Position numbers and translations under genes: made by a program
Assembly: GCA_963778805.1 (NCBI GenBank)
Contig: CAVZVT010000005.1
Location: 293,838-357,837, forward strand
DNA length: 64,000 nucleotides
From: an uncultured Chloroflexia bacterium
GTDB lineage: Bacteria > Chloroflexota > Limnocylindria > Limnocylindrales > CSP1-4
Direction: 5' to 3'
In this document: positions 1-9,438 of the stretch, piece by piece
Layout of the letters: each line of letters begins with the position of its first letter
Position numbering within the stretch: the stretch's first letter is position 1
The notes under the pieces: generated by a model
Told to the model about the DNA's origin: nothing
The model's input: only the letters and a program-made list of their open reading frames with translations
Databases searched by the model: none

Positions 1-1869
1 GTGATGGTCGGCATCGTGGTCGTCTTCCTCATCGGGATGGCGTTGATCACCCTGGCCTTCCTCCCGTATGTCCCGGACGTGGTCGCTGCGGTCAAGGCCG
101 GAGAACAGGCGCTCCAGGATCAGCTGGCCGCCGCCGGGACGCCGCCCGAAGCGTCTGGCTCCGTGCACGTCCTCTCGAACGCCGTGACCGACACCTTGCA
201 GGGCATCGCGGGCGGGATCGCCGAGTCGATCGGCACCATGGTCACGATCGTGGTCCTGTCGGGCTTCCTCGCCTTCTACTTCCTCCAGGACGGCGACAAG
301 GCGTGGGTGTGGGTCTTCCGTGCCGTGCACGAGCAGCAGCGGGATCGGATCACCGGGGCCGGTGACGACGCGCTGCAGCGGGTCGGTGGGTACCTTCGCG
401 GGACCTCGGTGCTGGCCGCCATCAACGCCGTGTCCGACTTCGTCTTCCTGGTCGTGCTCGGGGTGCCCCTCGCGGCGCCACTCGCCGTGCTGGTGTTCTT
501 CGGCGGGTTCATCCCCTACATCGGCGGCCTGCTGACGACGGTCGTGATCCTCCTCGTCGCCTACGCCACCAGCGGTCCCCAGGTCACGATCGTCCTCTTC
601 ATCCTGCTGTCGATCCGGAACGTGATCCTCGCGGACTTCGTTCGGCCCCTCGTGTATGGCCGGACCGTCAACATCCACCCGGCCCTCGTGCTGGTCGCCT
701 TGCCCGCTGGGGCGGCGATCGCCGGCATCGTCGGCCTCTTCGTCGCCATCCCCGTGACGGCCATGATCCTGGCGGTCGCCGGCGCGGCCGCGGCCATCCT
801 CGACACCGGTGTGCCGCCGGACGACCCGCTGGTACCGCCGTGGCTCGATCGCCTCGCCTCGTGGAGCTGGCGTCTCCTGGTCGCGATCGCGGTCGGACTC
901 CTCGGGATCGGCATCCTCGACGTCATGCCGCTCGTCGCGCTGCCATTGGCGCTCGCGACGATCCTCGCGGCGACGTTCGCGCCACCGGTCGCCGCGATGG
1001 TCGCTCGAGGGTACCCCCGCGGACGCGCCGCGCTGATCGCGACCTTTGGCAGCTTCGTGCTCGTGATCCTCGTGGTGACGCTGACCGTCCTGAACCTCGC
1101 GGGCCAGGCCTCCGCGGCGATCGCCTCCTCCGCGTCCATCGGTGCCGGGTCCATCAACGATGCCGCCGGCGGGACGGTCGGCGGGCTGGCCGAAACGGTC
1201 GGTGCGTACGGCGGGCGTCTGGTCGAGAGCGGCGCAGCACTGGCGTCCGGCATCGCGGACTTCGCCATCGTGGTCGTGCTCGGATGCCTCCTCTGCTTCT
1301 ACTTCCTCCGCGATGGCGGGCGGTTCTGGGCCAATTTCATGTCGCGCCTCCCGGCCGGCCGGAGCGACGAGGTCGACGACGCCGGGACCAAGGCGTTCGG
1401 CGTCCTCGGCGGGTACATGGTCGCGATGGGCGGCGTCTCCGCCTTCGGGGCCGCCACCCAGTTCCTGCTCATGGTCCTGTTGGGACTTCCGCTGGCGCTG
1501 CCACTCGCGGTGCTCTCGTTCATCGGCGGTTTTGTCCCGTACGTCGGCAGCCTCGTGACGACCGGTGCCGCCCTGCTCGTGACCATCGCGGTCGGGTCGC
1601 CGACGGACGTCGCGGTGATGGTCGTCTTCACGATCGTCTTCAACGTCATCCAGGGCAGCGTCGTGGCTCCGATCGTCTATAGCCGCGCCGTCGGTCTCCA
1701 CCCCGCCGTGGTGCTGATGACCATCCCCGCCGGCTACGAGATCGCCGGGATCGTCGGGATGTTCCTCGCGGTACCGGTCATCGCCGTGGTCGCCGTGACC
1801 TGGCGGCAGGTCCTGCGAGTCTTCGGGACGACCATGCCGCCGTCGTCCCAGGCTGACCATCCGACATAG
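1..1869 (+). CDS. AI-2E family transporter (PerM/YhhT-like), two tandem AI-2E domains in one polypeptide; 5' end runs off the window
   Basis: 622-aa ORF with two copies of the AI-2E signature: FYFLQDG...GGFIPYIGGL, then FYFLRDG...GGFVPYVGSL. Multi-pass hydrophobic profile and high GC3. Confidence 0.7.
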   Translation: MMVGIVVVFLIGMALITLAFLPYVPDVVAAVKAGEQALQDQLAAAGTPPEASGSVHVLSNAVTDTLQGIAGGIAESIGTMVTIVVLSGFLAFYFLQDGDKAWVWVFRAVHEQQRDRITGAGDDALQRVGGYLRGTSVLAAINAVSDFVFLVVLGVPLAAPLAVLVFFGGFIPYIGGLLTTVVILLVAYATSGPQVTIVLFILLSIRNVILADFVRPLVYGRTVNIHPALVLVALPAGAAIAGIVGLFVAIPVTAMILAVAGAAAAILDTGVPPDDPLVPPWLDRLASWSWRLLVAIAVGLLGIGILDVMPLVALPLALATILAATFAPPVAAMVARGYPRGRAALIATFGSFVLVILVVTLTVLNLAGQASAAIASSASIGAGSINDAAGGTVGGLAETVGAYGGRLVESGAALASGIADFAIVVVLGCLLCFYFLRDGGRFWANFMSRLPAGRSDEVDDAGTKAFGVLGGYMVAMGGVSAFGAATQFLLMVLLGLPLALPLAVLSFIGGFVPYVGSLVTTGAALLVTIAVGSPTDVAVMVVFTIVFNVIQGSVVAPIVYSRAVGLHPAVVLMTIPAGYEIAGIVGMFLAVPVIAVVAVTWRQVLRVFGTTMPPSSQADHPT

Positions 1870-1964
1870 GCCCGGCGCCTGGGACCGAACTGATGGTGCG
1901 CGGACGCGCCGGAATCTCGCCCTGCGATGGTGAGGTTCGGGGCGGTTCGGACTAGATTGGTCGG

Positions 1965-2276
1965 GTGCTCCTGCGGCTCGTGACCCTCCTCGCGGCGCAG
2001 CTCTTCGACCTCGCTACGTTCGGGGTCATGGTCGGCCGCCACGGGGTCGCCGCGGAGGCCAATCCCACGGTCGGCAACCTGTTCGTCGAGCTGGGCATGC
2101 CCGCCGTCGCGCTCCTCAAGATCCTGCTGATCGTGGCCGTCGGCGCGCTCGCCGTCGCGGCCTGGGCACGCGGCGGTCGGGGAGCGTGGATGCTCGTCGG
2201 GGTGGCGCCGATCGCCATCGCGATCATCGCCGGCGTCTTCGGCGGCTACACGAACGCGGTCGCCTACCTCGGCTGA
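1965..2276 (+). CDS. small hydrophobic membrane protein, function unknown
   Basis: 103-aa ORF, three predicted TM helices, strong GC3 bias typical of coding in this genome. No recognisable family. Confidence 0.5.
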   Translation: MLLRLVTLLAAQLFDLATFGVMVGRHGVAAEANPTVGNLFVELGMPAVALLKILLIVAVGALAVAAWARGGRGAWMLVGVAPIAIAIIAGVFGGYTNAVAYLG

Positions 2277-2306
2277 GGGTCTTGGCGGACCGCGCTGACG
2301 GGCGTA

Positions 2307-2320
2307 CGAACGGGTGTTCT
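2307..2320. promoter_or_regulatory. Cheo-box/LexA-like SOS operator (CGAAC-GGGT-GTTCT) just upstream of the uvrA start, followed by a TACAAT -10-like hexamer
   Basis: GAAC-N4-GTTC palindrome at 2308-2319 matches the Gram-positive LexA consensus CGAACNNNNGTTCG. uvrA is a canonical SOS gene. Confidence 0.45.
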
Positions 2321-2331
2321 ATTCGGTCGCG

Positions 2332-5300
2332 ATGCCGTACAATCGGGACGTGCCCCAGGATCAGCTCGTCGTGCGCGGCGCGCGCGAACACAACCTCAAG
2401 AACGTCGATGTCGCGTTCCCGCGCGACCGGCTCGTGGTCATCACGGGCCTCTCGGGTTCGGGCAAGAGCAGCCTCGCCTTCGACACCATCTACGCCGAAG
2501 GCCAGCGTCGCTACGTCGAGAGCCTGAGCGCCTACGCCCGCCAGTTCCTCGGGCAGATGGAAAAGCCGGATGTCGACCAGATCGACGGACTGTCGCCGGC
2601 GATCTCCATCGACCAGAAGGGCGCCTCGCGGAACCCGCGGTCCACCGTCGGGACCGTCACCGAGATCTACGACCACCTGCGGCTGCTGTTCGCCCGGATC
2701 GGGATCCCGCACTGTCCCAACGGCCACGCGATCGAGCGGCAGAGCGTCCAGCAGATCGTGGACCAGGTCCTCGCCCTGCCGGAAGGGACCCGGCTGCTCG
2801 TGCTCGGCCCGCTCATCAAGGACCGCAAGACCGAGGGCGACCGCGTCTTCGATTCCGCGAGGCGGCAGGGCTTCGTCCGTGTCCGCGTCGACGGGGAGAT
2901 GGTCGACATCGCCGATGCGCCCAAGCTCGACAAGTACAAGCGCCATTCGATCGAGGTCGTGGTCGACCGCTACATCGTTCGCCATGCCGAGGCGCCTGAG
3001 GATTCGAAGCGGGCACCGGACGGCCGACCGATCGACCCCGAGACCGGCGAACCGATCCCGGATCCCGATGCCGGCCGGCTCGCGGACTCCGTGGAGACCG
3101 CCCTCCGACTCGGCGAGGGCGTGGTCCTCATCGCCCCCGCGCCGCGCGATGACGAGGCGCCGGCGTTCGAGGAGCAGCAATACAGCGAAAAGTACAGCTG
3201 CCCGTACGACGGGTTCACCGTCGAGGAACTCGAGCCGCGGACGTTCTCCTTCAACTCGCCGCACGGGGCATGCCCGTCGTGCGCCGGTCTCGGGACCCGG
3301 CTGGAGATCGACGAGGATCTCGTGGTCCCGGATCGATCGAAGAGCCTCCAGACCGGGGCGCTGGTGCCGTGGTCACGCCTCGCCACGGACGCATCGTGGC
3401 GGCTGAAGATCATCGAGGCGATCTGTAACGCCCACGGCTGGGATTTCAAGGCGCCGTTCCGCGACCTCCCCGAGGAGGCCGTCGAGTACATGCTCCGGGC
3501 CGCCAAGAGCGAGAAGGTGGTCGTCCGCTATCGCCACGAGCGAGGCGAGAACACGTACAACGCGACGTTCGAGGGCATCATCACCAACCTCGAGCGGCGG
3601 TACAAGGAAACGGACTCCGAGTTCATCAAGAACGAGCTCGAGCGGTACATGGTCAGCCGCCCATGCCCCACCTGCGGTGGCAAGCGGCTCCGCCCGGAGA
3701 TCCTGGCCGTCACGATCGGCGACCAGAACGTCTGGGACGTGTCGACCCTCTCGATCAAGGAGGCGCTTCGCTGGGCGAGCGGGCTCGGCGAGACGCTCAC
3801 CGAGCGGGAACGGACGATCGCGGTCCAGCTCCTCAAGGAGATCGTGGCGCGGCTCGGGTTCCTGGTGGATGTCGGGCTCGACTATCTGACGATGGATCGG
3901 ACGAGCGTGACGTTGTCCGGCGGGGAGGCCCAGCGGATCCGTCTCGCGACGCAGATCGGGACGACGCTGATGGGCGTCCTGTACATCCTCGACGAGCCCT
4001 CGATCGGTCTGCACCAGCGCGACAACGCGAAGCTCATCGCGACGCTCACGCGCCTGCGGGACCTGGGGAACACGGTCCTCGTCGTCGAGCACGATGAGGA
4101 GACCATCCGGACGGCGGACTGGGTCGTCGATATCGGGCCGGGGGCCGGCGAGCACGGTGGCGAGATCATCGCGAACGGGCCACTCGACGCGGTCCTCGCC
4201 GAGCCGCGTTCGATCACCGGGGCATTCCTGCGAGGGGAGCGGGCCGTGCCGATCCCGGCCAGGCGCCGGCATGGCAACGGCAAGGCACTCGTCGTCCGGG
4301 GGGCCCGCGAGCACAACCTCCAGAACGTGGACCTGCGGGTGCCGCTCGGGACGTTCGTCGCGGTGACGGGCGTGTCGGGGAGCGGCAAGAGCACGCTCGT
4401 GACCGAGGTGCTCTATCGAGCGCTGGCGCGAGAGCTCAACGGATCGCGTGAACCCGTGGGCGCGCACGATTCGCTCGACGGGGCGCAGCACATCGACAAG
4501 ATCATCGAGATCGACCAGAGCCCGATCGGCCGAACGCCGCGCTCCAACCCGGCGACCTACGTGGGGCTGTTCACCCCGATCCGCGAGTTGTTCGCGGGTG
4601 TCCCGGAGTCGCGCGTCCGTGGCTACACGCCGGGTCGGTTCAGCTTCAACGTCAAGGGCGGCCGCTGCGAGCACTGCAAGGGCGACGGGATCCTCAAGAT
4701 CGAGATGCAGTTCCTGCCGGACGTCTACGTCCCGTGCGAGGTCTGCAAGGGCAAGCGCTACAACCGCGAGGCGCTCGAGATCCACTACAAGGGCAAGTCG
4801 ATCGCGGACGTGCTCGAGCTGACCATCGCCGAGGCCCTCGAGTTCTTCGCGGCGGTGCCCAACGTGCGCGCCAAGCTCCAGACGCTCAACGACGTGGGGC
4901 TGGGGTACGTCCACCTCGGCCAGCCGGCGACGACCTTGTCCGGCGGCGAGGCCCAGCGGGTCAAGCTCTCGACCGAGCTGTCGCGGCGCGCGACGGGACG
5001 GACGCTGTACGTGCTCGACGAGCCCACGACCGGGCTCCACTTCGCCGACGTCGAGAAGCTGCTCGAAGTGCTCCACCGGCTCGTCGATGGCGGGAATACC
5101 GTCCTGGTCATCGAGCACAACCTCGATGTCATCAAGACGGCCGACTGGATCGTGGACCTCGGACCGGAAGGTGGCGACCGCGGTGGCCGGATCATCGCGG
5201 AGGGCACGCCGGAGACGGTGGCGGCCACCAAGGGGTCGGCCACGGCGGACTATCTCGACCGCGTCTTGCGCGGCGAGCCGCTCGTGCCGTTGTCCGACGT

Positions 5301-5412
5301 GACGTTCGCCGACGAGGCGGGCCGCGGCGTGCACACGAACGGCCACCAAAAGCCGGTCGCCCGGATCACGCCATCTCGCAAACGAGCCGCCGCCACGACC
5401 AAGGCCGGCTGA
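2332..5412 (+). CDS. uvrA: excinuclease ABC subunit A (UvrA)
   Basis: Two ABC ATPase modules ([19 protein letters not shown]), zinc-finger CxxC pairs, LSGGEAQR signatures, ~1030 aa. Start ATG 2332 ([25 protein letters not shown]) preferred over the in-frame GTG at 2314. Confidence 0.95.
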   Translation: MPYNRDVPQDQLVVRGAREHNLKNVDVAFPRDRLVVITGLSGSGKSSLAFDTIYAEGQRRYVESLSAYARQFLGQMEKPDVDQIDGLSPAISIDQKGASRNPRSTVGTVTEIYDHLRLLFARIGIPHCPNGHAIERQSVQQIVDQVLALPEGTRLLVLGPLIKDRKTEGDRVFDSARRQGFVRVRVDGEMVDIADAPKLDKYKRHSIEVVVDRYIVRHAEAPEDSKRAPDGRPIDPETGEPIPDPDAGRLADSVETALRLGEGVVLIAPAPRDDEAPAFEEQQYSEKYSCPYDGFTVEELEPRTFSFNSPHGACPSCAGLGTRLEIDEDLVVPDRSKSLQTGALVPWSRLATDASWRLKIIEAICNAHGWDFKAPFRDLPEEAVEYMLRAAKSEKVVVRYRHERGENTYNATFEGIITNLERRYKETDSEFIKNELERYMVSRPCPTCGGKRLRPEILAVTIGDQNVWDVSTLSIKEALRWASGLGETLTERERTIAVQLLKEIVARLGFLVDVGLDYLTMDRTSVTLSGGEAQRIRLATQIGTTLMGVLYILDEPSIGLHQRDNAKLIATLTRLRDLGNTVLVVEHDEETIRTADWVVDIGPGAGEHGGEIIANGPLDAVLAEPRSITGAFLRGERAVPIPARRRHGNGKALVVRGAREHNLQNVDLRVPLGTFVAVTGVSGSGKSTLVTEVLYRALARELNGSREPVGAHDSLDGAQHIDKIIEIDQSPIGRTPRSNPATYVGLFTPIRELFAGVPESRVRGYTPGRFSFNVKGGRCEHCKGDGILKIEMQFLPDVYVPCEVCKGKRYNREALEIHYKGKSIADVLELTIAEALEFFAAVPNVRAKLQTLNDVGLGYVHLGQPATTLSGGEAQRVKLSTELSRRATGRTLYVLDEPTTGLHFADVEKLLEVLHRLVDGGNTVLVIEHNLDVIKTADWIVDLGPEGGDRGGRIIAEGTPETVAATKGSATADYLDRVLRGEPLVPLSDVTFADEAGRGVHTNGHQKPVARITPSRKRAAATTKAG

Positions 5413-5483
5413 CGGGGGGTCGGGCCCGGGCCGGCCCGCGGCCGCGGCCGAGCCCGGGTCCTCGGCCCGGCCCGCCGCACCGC

Positions 5484-5830
5484 CCGTTCGAGTCTCTGGC
5501 GCCCAACCGCCCGTTCGAGTCACCCCACGACCGAACCGACCGCCGATCGCTGACCCGCCGTCGGCCCCGGCCGAGCCCGCCCGAGCCCGCCCCGACCGCC
5601 CGTTCGGTCACCCCACGACTCGAACCGACGCGAGCCGGAACGTCCTCGATCGGCACCCCGGTCCGGCCTGGACCGCCGCCAGCCCGCCCAGCCGCCCGTT
5701 CGGTCACCCCACGACCGAACCGACCAGTCCCGGACGGCCCCGATCTGCCCGCACTCGCCCCGGCCGGACACGCCGCCAAGCCCCGCCGCCCGTTCGGTCA
5801 GCCTCGGCACGACCGAACCGACGCGAACCG
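5484..5830. repeat. array of ~5 degenerate copies of a ~33-bp hairpin-containing repeat (CCGCCCGTTCGGTCACCCCACGACCGAACCGAC), ~90-95 bp period, GC-rich low-complexity spacers
   Basis: Copies begin near 5484 (partial), 5507, 5596, 5692 and 5786. Each contains the inverted repeat GTTCGGTC...GACCGAAC, an 8-bp stem. Confidence 0.65.
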
Positions 5831-6704
5831 AGCCTCATGACTGGCGGCACCTCACAGCACGACGATGCCGGATCCACCCGGGTGGCGCCCTGCGCCAAGG
5901 TCGCGCAGGCATCACGCGAGCTTGGATCGGAAAGACATCGCTCGAGCAACGACGCGGCGGATCGGAGGGCGTCTGCGATTTCGACGTGTGTCTGAGACAA
6001 GCAGCAGGACGTGCTCCGCTCCCTCCGTCGCGGGCCTTGAGCGTGATCCGTCGGACTTGCGCCTGAAGGTCGATGAGTCTCGTCTCGGCCTCCACCGGAA
6101 GCCCGTCCATGATCGGCCTCGCTATCGCACCAGCCCGCCGATGCAGGCGTCCCATGCTCGTTGATCGCCGGGGATCCCGTAGTGGGACCTCCATCCGGAA
6201 GGTCAGCTCCGGCATGCGAGCCGCTGCCGGAGTCGATCCAGCAGGGCGATCTGCGCGGCGTCCCGGATCGGGTCCGGACCGGGATATGCTCGGACCCGAA
6301 CATCGAGGCCGACCGCTGAACCGAGCCTCGCGAGCTGGTCGACGCTCGCCGTCGCGAAGGCGGCCCGCTCGATCCGACCTGCCTGCGATCGGCGACAGCC
6401 CGGCCGTCGCCGCCAACGTGGACCTGGGAGCGACCAAGGATCATTCGAGCACCGCGGATCTCGTCCGCCGACTCGTAGCAGATCCGCCCGCGCGAGTCGC
6501 CGACCACGGTCGATCGGTCGCTCTCGGGTCGCCCATCCGTGCAGTGTCGCTCGACCTCACGTATCTGCGGCCAAACCGCGGCTTCGCGCCCAGCGGGACC
6601 CGAGGCCAGGTCGAGCAAGTGCGGCCAGGTCGGGTAAGGCGGCTCGGCGACATCGATCCCGACCGTACCCGCGGGCGGCCTCGGCCAGGGGCTAGCATAG
6701 GAAT

Positions 6705-7157
6705 GTGCCGGATATCGACTTCGCCTTTCTCGCGGACGCCGCCGAGACGATCCCGGGGCAGAAGTTCCATGTGCTTGGCGGCGGGATCGCGCGGATCGGC
6801 GGGAAGCGGTTCCCGCTGCGACATCCGCATCTCGCGCTGGTGATCGGCCTCCAGGTCACGGCCCCCGAGACCGAGCGGGAACACGAGGTCCGCTTCGTCC
6901 TGCTCGACCCTGATGGCGCCGAAGTGGCCGGTGCCACGGGGAGCCTCGTCGCGCGGAGCCAGCGCGATGGTCGCGACGCGACGCTGACCTTCTCGATCGA
7001 CCTGTGGAACCTGACCTTCCCGTCGCCAGGCGACTACTCGTTCCGGATCCTCGTCAACGGGTCGGAGCGCAAGCGACTCCCGCTCCTGCTGCTCGCCCCG
7101 CCTGACGATGCGACGGCGCAGGGGGGCAAGTCGGTCACGCGCCCAGCCGATGACTGA
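6705..7157 (+). CDS. hypothetical protein (150 aa); the same reading frame stays open and protein-like for ~120 more codons after the TGA stop (7158-7522)
   Basis: ATG-initiated ORF with GC3 >80%. After the TGA at 7155-7157 the frame is open to a TGA at 7520-7522, GC3 ~80%, reading ...PVIDALGLEAARHGDRLLAEAHAIGATRWATYLEPLPDRL.... Confidence 0.5.
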   Translation: MPDIDFAFLADAAETIPGQKFHVLGGGIARIGGKRFPLRHPHLALVIGLQVTAPETEREHEVRFVLLDPDGAEVAGATGSLVARSQRDGRDATLTFSIDLWNLTFPSPGDYSFRILVNGSERKRLPLLLLAPPDDATAQGGKSVTRPADD

Positions 7158-7524
7158 GATCACGGGACGATCGACGTCGGCGCGTCGGGGTCGTCGACAT
7201 CGGCATCTCCGGCCGGGCGCACGACCGCGCGTCACGAGCGACCCGTCATCGATGCGCTCGGGCTCGAGGCAGCTCGGCACGGCGACCGACTGCTCGCGGA
7301 AGCGCACGCGATCGGTGCCACCCGGTGGGCGACCTACCTCGAACCGCTGCCGGATCGCCTTCGCGACGACGAGCCCGCCGCTCTTCGCCGAACGGCGATG
7401 CGGGCACGATCCGCCTACGGCCCGAAGGACTCCGTCCGGGATGCGCTGCCGGAGTCGCTCACGGAACCGTTCCTGGACTCGATCGACCGACTGCTGCGGG
7501 AGCTCAATCGAACCAGGGCATGAG

Positions 7525-7660
7525 GGCCGGTCGCTAGGCCTTGAAGGCCAGTCGCGGGCCAGAGCGACCCCGAAGGCCGGTCGCTGGCCACAGGGCGACC
7601 CCGAAGGCCGGTCGCTGGCCACAGGGCGACCCCAGAAAGCCACTCGCTGGCCAGCCCGAA
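7525..7660. repeat. tandem ~33-bp repeat (x3-4) of a GGCCGGTCGCTGGCC-ACAGGGCGACCCCGAA unit forming consecutive stem-loops, between convergent genes
   Basis: GGCC[G/A]GTCGC[T/G][G/A]GGCC motif at about 7528, 7549, 7576, 7609 and 7643, with complementary GCGACC in each spacer. Confidence 0.6.
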
Positions 7661-7664
7661 TCCT

Positions 7665-9173
7665 CTAGGACGTCGGCGGGGTGGGGCTCGGTGGCGTGAA
7701 CGTCGATGCCTGGGCCATCAGATCGGCGACCTGGGTGCTCGCGGCGTAGGCCGCCTCACCGGCGGTGCCACTGGTCTGGATGGTCATCGTCCCGCCGGCG
7801 CCGTAGTCGATGATGTACGAGTAGAGCGTCGTCCCGACGGGCGTGCCGCTGTCGGCCGTGGTCGATGTCGCCTCGACGAGCGTCGCCTGCAGGCCTGACA
7901 CGGTCGCCTCGGCCGACTGGATCACGTTCCAGTTCGCGGGGTCCGTCGCCGCTGCGACGGCGTCGTCATACGAGGCCACATCCGGCTTCACGGTGATCGC
8001 CGCGTCCGGTGCGCTGCCGTCGGACGGCACGCTGATGGGGTTCGGATCGAAGTACTGGCAGGCGGCGGCGGGCGGCTCGGAGAGCGTGTGCCAGGCCGCC
8101 GGGTAGGCGATGGACGCCAACGGCACGCCACTCGGGCTCTCGATCGCGCAGCTGGACTGCGGCGGAACCGAAGGAAGCGGCGGCAGGGTCGGGGCGGGTG
8201 TCGGCTTGGGCGTGGGTGACGGTGTCGGCTTGGATGTGGGTGCCGGCGTGTCCGAGGGCTTCGGCGTCTCCGACGGCTTCGCGGATTCCCCGGCCGAGGG
8301 CTTCGGCGTCGCGGTCGGCTTGGGCGTGGGTGACGGGGTCGGCTTGGGCGTCGGCGTGGCGCTCGGGATCGGCGGCACGGAAGCCTCGGCCTCCGCCTCG
8401 TCTGCGGCTCGCGGCTTCGTCATCGCCACGATCACCTCGGAGTTCCGGTCACGCAGGACCACGGCGAGCCCACGGCGCTCGATGAAGGCCGCTCCCTGGA
8501 GCGCATCGAGGAACTCGGACTCCTGGGTCATCACATCGTCGGCGCACGTCTGTCGCGTGGTCGCGAGCCGGCTGATCTTCACGATCGTGCCGTTGGTCCC
8601 GTAGACACCGTCGTAGGTGTTGCAGCCGCTCGAGCCGCCGACGTTGGTGATGCCGAAGACGGCGGTCAGCTCGGTGCCGCTGATGGGGATGGTCTGTGAT
8701 CCGGGCGAGGTCGCGAAGGAGTCGACGTTCCATGCACCCAGGAGGGGGTTCGCGGGGGCCGCGTCGAAGACCAGGAGCACCTGTCCGCCGGCTCCGAAGA
8801 TCGTGAGCGTATCGGCTCGGACCCCGAAGAACCGGCTGTCGTGCAGGACGGAGAGGTAGGTCGATTCGAAGGTCATCTCGGCGTCGGCGCAGGCCTTCTG
8901 CGTGGCATGGACCTGGGAGATCAGCAGCGTCCGGCCGCTCGCCCGGGCGATCGCGCCGTAGTCGTTGCAGCCGGCGAACCCGTCGACGCGGTTGCCCGTG
9001 AACTTGGCGTCCGCGTACAGCGCCTCGGGGACGATCTCAAGCGTCCCGCCATTGGCGTACGAACGGAGTACCCAGTTCGTGCCCTCGATCTCGCCGCCGG
9101 ATCCGCCACCGGGCGAACAGGCGACGACGCCGAGGACGAGGCCGATCAGGACCGCGAGTCGCCGGATACGCAT
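7665..9173 (-). CDS. secreted lipoprotein with two tandem META (HslJ-like, DUF306) domains, a Pro/Thr/Lys-rich linker and a C-terminal domain of unknown function
   Basis: Lipobox LVLGVVAC near the N-terminus. META motifs (GTNWVLRSY...[10 protein letters not shown] and GAWNVDSF...[11 protein letters not shown]). [12 protein letters not shown]-type repeats. Confidence 0.8.
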   Translation of the reverse strand: MRIRRLAVLIGLVLGVVACSPGGGSGGEIEGTNWVLRSYANGGTLEIVPEALYADAKFTGNRVDGFAGCNDYGAIARASGRTLLISQVHATQKACADAEMTFESTYLSVLHDSRFFGVRADTLTIFGAGGQVLLVFDAAPANPLLGAWNVDSFATSPGSQTIPISGTELTAVFGITNVGGSSGCNTYDGVYGTNGTIVKISRLATTRQTCADDVMTQESEFLDALQGAAFIERRGLAVVLRDRNSEVIVAMTKPRAADEAEAEASVPPIPSATPTPKPTPSPTPKPTATPKPSAGESAKPSETPKPSDTPAPTSKPTPSPTPKPTPAPTLPPLPSVPPQSSCAIESPSGVPLASIAYPAAWHTLSEPPAAACQYFDPNPISVPSDGSAPDAAITVKPDVASYDDAVAAATDPANWNVIQSAEATVSGLQATLVEATSTTADSGTPVGTTLYSYIIDYGAGGTMTIQTSGTAGEAAYAASTQVADLMAQASTFTPPSPTPPTS

Positions 9174-9174
9174 G

Positions 9175-9438
9175 TCAGGCGGACTTGCTGCCGACGTACA
9201 GGGCGAACAATCGAAGGGCGTAACCGAAGCCGGCGACCACGAACGAGAGGAAGATCGGCACGCCGATCGCGCTCGCGGAGATGGCCAACGCTTCGAACAG
9301 GTTGAACGCCGGGCGCTGGGCCAGATCGATCCACCAGATGACGCCCGCGATCAGCGAGTAGATCACGAAGATCCATCCGACGATCACGAAGAACGTCCCG
9401 ATGGACGCCAGTCGGCGAACATCGTTCGTGAGATCCAT
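9175..9438 (-). CDS. small two-TM membrane protein, immediately upstream of and probably co-transcribed with the META lipoprotein gene
   Basis: ORF with hydrophobic helices ([21 protein letters not shown]; [18 protein letters not shown]). The stop lies 1 nt from the lipoprotein start codon. Confidence 0.5.
   Translation of the reverse strand: MDLTNDVRRLASIGTFFVIVGWIFVIYSLIAGVIWWIDLAQRPAFNLFEALAISASAIGVPIFLSFVVAGFGYALRLFALYVGSKSA

Noticed and set aside
2186-2527. Short ORFs overlapping the uvrA start region (2186-2527, 2224-3264 -)
   Set aside because: They overlap the SOS box, promoter and the conserved UvrA N-terminus. Compositionally these are shadow ORFs.
3373-5523. Very long antisense ORFs (e.g. 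3373-5523 -, 15122-17440 -, 42378-46307 -, 47325-50504 -, 20643-21557 -, 52546-53799 -)
   Set aside because: Each lies opposite a well-supported conserved gene (uvrA, secF/recJ, ileS, priA, tatC/rapZ, rlmN). Their translations are Arg/Pro/Gly-rich low complexity, as expected for shadow ORFs in ~70% GC DNA.
5484-5830. CRISPR array call for the ~90-bp periodic repeats
   Set aside because: Repeat copies are imperfect (several mismatches and indels). Spacers are ~55-60 bp and share GC-rich low-complexity motifs rather than being unique. No cas genes or leader are present in the window. Kept as a generic repeat.
7155-7200. Selenocysteine insertion (SECIS) at the in-frame TGA 7155-7157
   Set aside because: Only a weak 5-bp stem (CGACG/CGTCG) with a 16-nt loop follows the TGA. 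No selA/selB/selD/tRNA-Sec appear in the window. This cannot be supported from the sequence, so it is kept only as an open question inside the finding.
7108-7668. ORF 7108-7668 (+) and 7325-7537 (+) as genes
   Set aside because: Arg/Ser/Pro-rich translations in the off-frames of the much more protein-like frame-0 segment 7158-7522. They also run through the hairpin repeat array.
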